64,000 nt of DNA, from the NCBI GenBank assembly GCA_963851265.1, contig CAWKNZ010000001.1:187920-251919 (forward strand), read 5' to 3'. Shown piece by piece: positions 59,113 to 64,000 of this stretch. The stretch comes from an uncultured Gemmatimonadales bacterium (GTDB lineage Bacteria; Gemmatimonadota; Gemmatimonadetes; Gemmatimonadales; Gemmatimonadaceae). The notes below the pieces were generated by a model. It was not told the DNA's origin, ran no database searches, and saw only the letters and a program-made list of their open reading frames with translations. The number at the start of each line of letters is the position of its first letter. The first letter of the stretch is position 1. The translations under genes and the position numbers were made by a program.

Positions 59113-60099
59113 TCAGAACCCCCGCACGGCGTGCGGCCGGTACGGCGCCTCGAGCGCCGCCACCTCTTCCGCCGTCAGCTGCACGTCGAGCGCCGCGAGG
59201 GCGGCGTCGAGGTGCGCGAGCTTCGTCGCCCCGACGATCGGCGCCGCCACGCCCGGCCGGCCTAACAGCCACGCGAGCGCCACCGCGCTCATCCCCACCC
59301 CGCGCGCCTCGGCCACGCGCTGCACCGCGTCCACCACGTCGAAGTCCTCGGGCGCGTCGTAGAGCGTCTCCGCGTACGGGTCGCTCCCGGCGCGCGTCGT
59401 CCCGCCCCCCGCGAAGCGCGAGTCCTCGGGCCGCGGGCGCGCCAGCAGCCCGCGCGCGAGCGGCGACCACGGAATCATCCCCACCCCTTCCTCCAGGCAG
59501 AGGGGCACCATCTCGCGCTCCTCCTCGCGGTAGACGAGGTTGTAGTGGTTCTGCATCGAGACGAACCGCGCCCACCCGCGCCGCTCGCTCGCCGAGAGCG
59601 CCTGGGCCATCCGCCACGCCGGCCCCGAGCTCGCGCCGATGTAGCGCACCTTGCCCGCGCGCACGAGGTCGTTCAGCGCCTCGAGCGTCTCCTCGATGGG
59701 CACGCCCGGGTCGAAGCGGTGGATCTGGTAGAGGTCGATCGCCTCGATGCCTAACCGGCGCAGGCTCGCCTCGCACGCCTGCACCACGTGCTTGCGGCCG
59801 AGCCCCTTCATGTTGGGGCCCGGCCCCATCGGGTTGTAGAGCTTCGTCGCGATCACGACCTCGTCGCGCGGCGCCAGCTCGCGCAGCGCGCGCCCCGTGA
59901 CCTCCTCGCTCGCACCCACGGAGTACATGTCGGCCGTGTCGAAGAAGTTGATTCCGGCCTCGACCGCGCGCTGGAAGAACGGACGCGCGGCCGCGTCGTC
60001 GAGCACCCACGGGCGCCACTGGGGCGAGCCGTAGCTCATGCAGCCGAGGCAGAGGCGCGAGACCGTGAGGCCGGTGTGGCCGAGGGTGGTGTATTCCAT
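59113..60099 (-). CDS. aldo/keto reductase
   Basis: LGHTGL.VSRLCLGCM, FFDTADMY, ATK, IDLYQIH, GKVRYIG and PWSPLARG. Confidence 0.95.
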   Translation of the reverse strand: MEYTTLGHTGLTVSRLCLGCMSYGSPQWRPWVLDDAAARPFFQRAVEAGINFFDTADMYSVGASEEVTGRALRELAPRDEVVIATKLYNPMGPGPNMKGLGRKHVVQACEASLRRLGIEAIDLYQIHRFDPGVPIEETLEALNDLVRAGKVRYIGASSGPAWRMAQALSASERRGWARFVSMQNHYNLVYREEEREMVPLCLEEGVGMIPWSPLARGLLARPRPEDSRFAGGGTTRAGSDPYAETLYDAPEDFDVVDAVQRVAEARGVGMSAVALAWLLGRPGVAAPIVGATKLAHLDAALAALDVQLTAEEVAALEAPYRPHAVRGF

Positions 60100-60198
60100 G
60101 ACGGGCGGAGCGGGGAACGCGGTGAGAGGCGCGGGTAGATTCCGCGGTCGAGCACCGCGCCACCCACAAGGCGCCACCCCCCACGCGAACCCCACGCC

Positions 60199-62190
60199 AT
60201 GGCCCCGCCGGGCACCCCCGCCGCCGGCACCCTCGTCGGTCTGCAGGACGTCACCGTCGCCTTCGGCGGTCCGCCCGTCCTCGACGGCGCCACCCTCGCC
60301 CTCGGCCGCGGCGAGCGCGTCTGCCTGCTCGGCCGCAACGGCACGGGCAAGAGTACGCTGATGAAGCTGCTGGACGGCACGCAGGCCCCCGACGCCGGCG
60401 AGGTCGTGCGGCAGTCGGGCGTCACGGTCGCCCGTCTGGAGCAGGAGATCCCGGCCGGCGTGGACGGCACGGTCTACGACGTGGTCGCCGAAGGGCTCGG
60501 CGAGACCGGGCGGCTGCTCGCGCGCTACCACGCGGCGAGCCACCGCGTCGCGACGCTCACGGGCGACGCCGGCGCGGGCGACCACGGCGCGGCGGCGCTC
60601 CGCGAGCTCGACCGCCTGCACGGCGCGCTCGACGCGGCCGGCGCGTGGCAGATCCAGACGCGCGTCGACACGGTGCTCCAGCACCTCGCCCTCGAAGCCG
60701 ACGCCGAATTCGGCGCGCTGAGCGGCGGGCGCAAGCGTCAGACCCTGCTCGCGCGCGCGCTCGTCCGCGAGCCCGACGTGCTACTGCTCGACGAGCCGAC
60801 CAACCACCTCGACGTCGACGCGATCGCGTGGATGGAGCAGTTTCTCGTCGACCTGAGCGCGGAACGCGGCACCGCGGTCCTCTTCGTCACGCACGACCGC
60901 GCGTTCCTGCGCCGCGTCGCCACGCGCATCGTCGAACTCGACCGCGGGCGGCTCAGCGACTGGGGCGCGGACTACGACGCGTACCTCGAGCGCAAGGAGG
61001 GGGCGCTCGCGGCCGAGGCGCGCGAGCGGGCGGAGTTCGACCGCAAGCTCGCGCAGGAGGAGCGCTGGGTGGGCACGAGCATCACCGCCCGCCGCACCCG
61101 CAACGAGGGGCGCGTGCGCGCACTCGAGGCGATGCGCCGCGAGCGCGACGCGCGGCGCGAACGCGTGGGCGCGGCGGCCCTGCAGGTGCAGGAGGCCGAG
61201 CGCTCGGGGCGCCGCGTGGTCGAGGCGCGCGGCGTGTCGTTCGCGCGGAACGGACGCGCGATCGTGCGCGACTTCAGCACCACCGTCACCCGCGGCGACC
61301 GCGTCGGCATCATCGGGCCCAACGGGTCGGGCAAGACCACGCTGCTCCGCCTGCTGTTGGGCGAGCTCGCGCCCGACGCGGGCACGGTGCGCCTCGGCAC
61401 GAACCTCGAACTCGTGTACTTCGACCAGCTGCGCGAGCAGCTCGACCCCGACCGCACGGTGTTCGACAGCATCGCCGACGGGGCGGAGTGGGTCGACGTG
61501 GGCGGCCCGGGCGGACAGCGCAAGCACGTGCACGGCTACCTGCAGGACTTCCTCTTCCCCCCCGACCGCGCGCGCACCCCCGTGCGCGCACTCTCGGGCG
61601 GGGAGCGCAACCGGCTGCTGCTGGCTCGCCTGTTCACGCGCGCGTTCAACCTGCTCGTCCTCGACGAGCCGACCAACGACCTCGACGTCGAGACGCTCGA
61701 CCTGCTCGAAGAGTTGCTGCTCGAGTACGGCGGCACGCTGCTGCTCGTGAGCCACGACCGCGAGTTCCTCGACCACGTGGTGACGAGCACGCTCGTGCTG
61801 GAAGGTGGCGGGCGCGTGGGCGAGTACGCGGGCGGGTACACCGACTGGGTGCGGCAGCGCGTTGACCGGGCGCCCGACCAGCCGCTCGCCGCGGCGCCCC
61901 CGGCCCGCGGCACCGCCGCGCGCGCCCCCGCCTCCCCGGCCCCGGCGAAGGCCGACCGGCCGCGGCGCCTGTCGTTCGCCGAACAGCGCGAGCTGTCCGG
62001 GCTTCCCGACGCGATCGACGCGAAGGAGCGCGAGCGCGACGCGCTCTACGCCGCGCTGGCCGACCCCGCCGTCCTGCGCGACGGCGCCGCCGCGGCCGAC
62101 GCGCGCGCGCGGCTCGCGGCCGCCGAGGCCGCGGTCGAGGCGCTCACCGCGCGGTGGGAAGCGCTGGAGGGGGTCGCCGCGAGCGCCTAA
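60199..62190 (+). CDS. uup: ABC-F family ATPase Uup
   Basis: Two NBDs (GRNGTGKS, GPNGSGKT, LSGG, DEPTN), ARRTRNEGRVRAL linker and a C-terminal coiled coil. Confidence 0.92.
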   Translation: MAPPGTPAAGTLVGLQDVTVAFGGPPVLDGATLALGRGERVCLLGRNGTGKSTLMKLLDGTQAPDAGEVVRQSGVTVARLEQEIPAGVDGTVYDVVAEGLGETGRLLARYHAASHRVATLTGDAGAGDHGAAALRELDRLHGALDAAGAWQIQTRVDTVLQHLALEADAEFGALSGGRKRQTLLARALVREPDVLLLDEPTNHLDVDAIAWMEQFLVDLSAERGTAVLFVTHDRAFLRRVATRIVELDRGRLSDWGADYDAYLERKEGALAAEARERAEFDRKLAQEERWVGTSITARRTRNEGRVRALEAMRRERDARRERVGAAALQVQEAERSGRRVVEARGVSFARNGRAIVRDFSTTVTRGDRVGIIGPNGSGKTTLLRLLLGELAPDAGTVRLGTNLELVYFDQLREQLDPDRTVFDSIADGAEWVDVGGPGGQRKHVHGYLQDFLFPPDRARTPVRALSGGERNRLLLARLFTRAFNLLVLDEPTNDLDVETLDLLEELLLEYGGTLLLVSHDREFLDHVVTSTLVLEGGGRVGEYAGGYTDWVRQRVDRAPDQPLAAAPPARGTAARAPASPAPAKADRPRRLSFAEQRELSGLPDAIDAKERERDALYAALADPAVLRDGAAAADARARLAAAEAAVEALTARWEALEGVAASA

Positions 62191-63899
62191 CGCCTCGCCG
62201 CGCCCACCCCCGCGCGGTCGCGCGCGATCTGCGCGCCCGGCGCGACCGACCACCGCGCGATCCCCGCCCACCACGCGTCCGGCCGAATCTCCACCACCCG
62301 CAGGCGGCGCTGGAAGGTGAGCGTCGACCGCGGCTCGAACAGCCACACGGCGGGCGCGTCGTCGACGATCGTCTGGTAGGCCCGGTGGAACCACGGCGCC
62401 GCGGCCGCCCGGGTCGGCGCGGTGAGCGCCCGGTCCAGCGCCGCGTCGAACGTGGGGTTGGCATACCCGCTCAGGTTGTCCCCCCCGGGCGCGTTCGCCG
62501 CCGCGGTCGTCCACGTGTCCCACAGGTCCCGCGCGCTCGGCTCGAGCAGCCGCCCGTCCACGACCGCATCGAACCGTCGCTCGCGCAGCCGCGTGATGAA
62601 CGCGACGAACTCCAGCGACTCGATCCGCACCTCGACGCCCACCCGGCGCAGTTGCTCCTGGATCAGCACCGCGTAGCGCGTCCGCGAATCGCTCGAGATC
62701 GGCGTGATGAGCGTGAAGCTCAGCCGCCGGCCGCCGCGCGCGCGCACGCCGTCGGGTCCCGCGCGCCAGCCGAGGGCGTCGAGCGCACGCGCCGCGGCGG
62801 CCGGGTCGTAGACGGGCTGGACGACCGTGGTGTCGGCCGAGGGCTGCGCGCGGGTGAACGGCCCGAGCGACACGGCCGCAAGCGTGTCGAACACGTTGCG
62901 CACCATGGTGCGCCGGTCGAGCGCCGACGCGAGCGCGCGCCGCAGGGCACGGTCGCCGAAGATCGCGTGCGGCGGACTTCCCGCCGCTTCCGGATGCGGT
63001 GCCGCCGGATCGCGCAGGTTGAACCGCAGGTAACCGTCGTACAGCCCCAGGTAGGTGACCGTCCGGAGTGTGGGGTTGTGCGCCAGCGCGCCGACCTGCT
63101 CGGGGCGGATTGCTTCGTACACGTCGGCGTCGCCGGTCAGCATGCGCGCGGCCGCCGCGGCTGCGTCGGGCGTCACGCTCCACACCACGCGGTCGAGGAT
63201 CGGCCGGCCCAGGTGGTAGGCCGTGTTCGCGGCCACCTCGATCCGGGCGCCCGGCGCGCGGGACACGAAGCGAAAGGGGCCGCTTCCCACCGGCGCGCGG
63301 GCGAAATCGGACCGGCCGAGCGTCGACGTCGGCACGCCGCGAAGGCGCGCGGCCGGCAGGATGCGAAGCGCGTAGACGGCCGAGTAGAACTGCTCGGGCG
63401 AGCGCCGGCCAAACCAGAAGACGGCCGTGAGGGAGTCGCGTGCCGTCACCGAGTCGATGTCGGCCAGATCGGCGGCGAGCGGTGAACCCGTGCGTGGGTC
63501 GCGGTAGAGATCGAAGGTGAAGCGGACGTCCACGGCGCGCACGGGGGTGCCGTCGTGAAAGCGCGCCTTCGGGTCGAGGGCGAATGCGATGCTGAGCGAG
63601 TCCGCTCCCCAGCTCCACGAGCGCGCCAGGCGAGGGCGAAAGCCCGCGTCGCCGACCGTGTTGAGCGCGGGCCCGATCTCGGCCAGTGGCTCGAACACCA
63701 GATCCGTCACCTGACCGGCGGTGATGCCGGACACCAACGGCGGGACGAGCGACTCCGCGTCGCCCGCCGTCGCGATCACGACGGTGCCGCCCGCCGCCGT
63801 GCCGGCGGCTTGGGGAGCACGGTTGCAGGCGCTCGCCACGACGACCACGCCCAGCGCCACCGCCCGCACGGCGACGACGGCCCGCATGCAACGCATCAT
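62187..63899 (-). CDS. peptide/nickel ABC transporter substrate-binding lipoprotein (family 5)
   Basis: Lipobox ASAC, P.LA.SW, FHDG.PV...DV.FT, PVGSGPF and R.AL..ALDR. Confidence 0.92.
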   Translation of the reverse strand: MMRCMRAVVAVRAVALGVVVVASACNRAPQAAGTAAGGTVVIATAGDAESLVPPLVSGITAGQVTDLVFEPLAEIGPALNTVGDAGFRPRLARSWSWGADSLSIAFALDPKARFHDGTPVRAVDVRFTFDLYRDPRTGSPLAADLADIDSVTARDSLTAVFWFGRRSPEQFYSAVYALRILPAARLRGVPTSTLGRSDFARAPVGSGPFRFVSRAPGARIEVAANTAYHLGRPILDRVVWSVTPDAAAAAARMLTGDADVYEAIRPEQVGALAHNPTLRTVTYLGLYDGYLRFNLRDPAAPHPEAAGSPPHAIFGDRALRRALASALDRRTMVRNVFDTLAAVSLGPFTRAQPSADTTVVQPVYDPAAAARALDALGWRAGPDGVRARGGRRLSFTLITPISSDSRTRYAVLIQEQLRRVGVEVRIESLEFVAFITRLRERRFDAVVDGRLLEPSARDLWDTWTTAAANAPGGDNLSGYANPTFDAALDRALTAPTRAAAAPWFHRAYQTIVDDAPAVWLFEPRSTLTFQRRLRVVEIRPDAWWAGIARWSVAPGAQIARDRAGVGAARR

Positions 63900-64000
63900 C
63901 GCCTGGCGTCGTGTAAGGCGTTGCAGGGTCGGCACGGCTCAACGATCACCGGGGCGGGGCGTCGGCGCAACGACAAACACAACTGTTTGTTGTGGGAGCG

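Noticed and set aside
40044..62191. TTAGGC equals the nematode telomere repeat, so possible contamination
   Set aside because: The copies are single, dispersed and in frame within bacterial genes, never tandem.
4038..63942. Many very long alternative-frame or antisense ORFs (for example 4038-6974 -, 45013-48216 -, 56287-59022 +, 60781-63942 -)
   Set aside because: They shadow well-supported genes and have Arg/Ala/Pro-rich or antisense-codon composition. This is expected when stop codons are rare at high GC.

Overview
A very GC-rich (roughly 73-75% by eye) bacterial chromosomal segment. The gene style (many lipoproteins and secreted peptidases, Hanks kinases) suggests Gemmatimonadota, which is an inference. 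It holds about 50 genes and looks origin-proximal: mnmG-SIMPL-parA-parB with rsmG absent, and mnmE 22 kb away on the other strand. Other content: an interrupted BMP/CUT2 nucleoside ABC transporter, pyrE, tkt, ada, uup, a second-copy-like uppS in a wHTH-regulated unit, two histidine-kinase-type proteins, a minimal chemoreceptor, a PAS-GGDEF-EAL protein, two Ser/Thr kinases, an L,D-transpeptidase and many peptidases. I saw no rRNA, tRNA, CRISPR array or transposase. The most striking signals are at DNA level. (1) Two identical 18-bp palindromes, GTGTGGCACGTGCCACAC, lie near parAB and look like a non-canonical parS, and ParB has a substituted recognition helix. (2) The heptamer GTTAGGC occurs 11 times, mostly as a rare in-frame TTA-GGC codon pair, all beyond 40 kb and none in the 40 kb containing the parS-like sites. 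(3) A cluster of DnaA-box-like 9-mers follows parB. (4) An ACTTTGCA-N-TGCAAAGT-type operator occurs twice, once over the uppS start codon.
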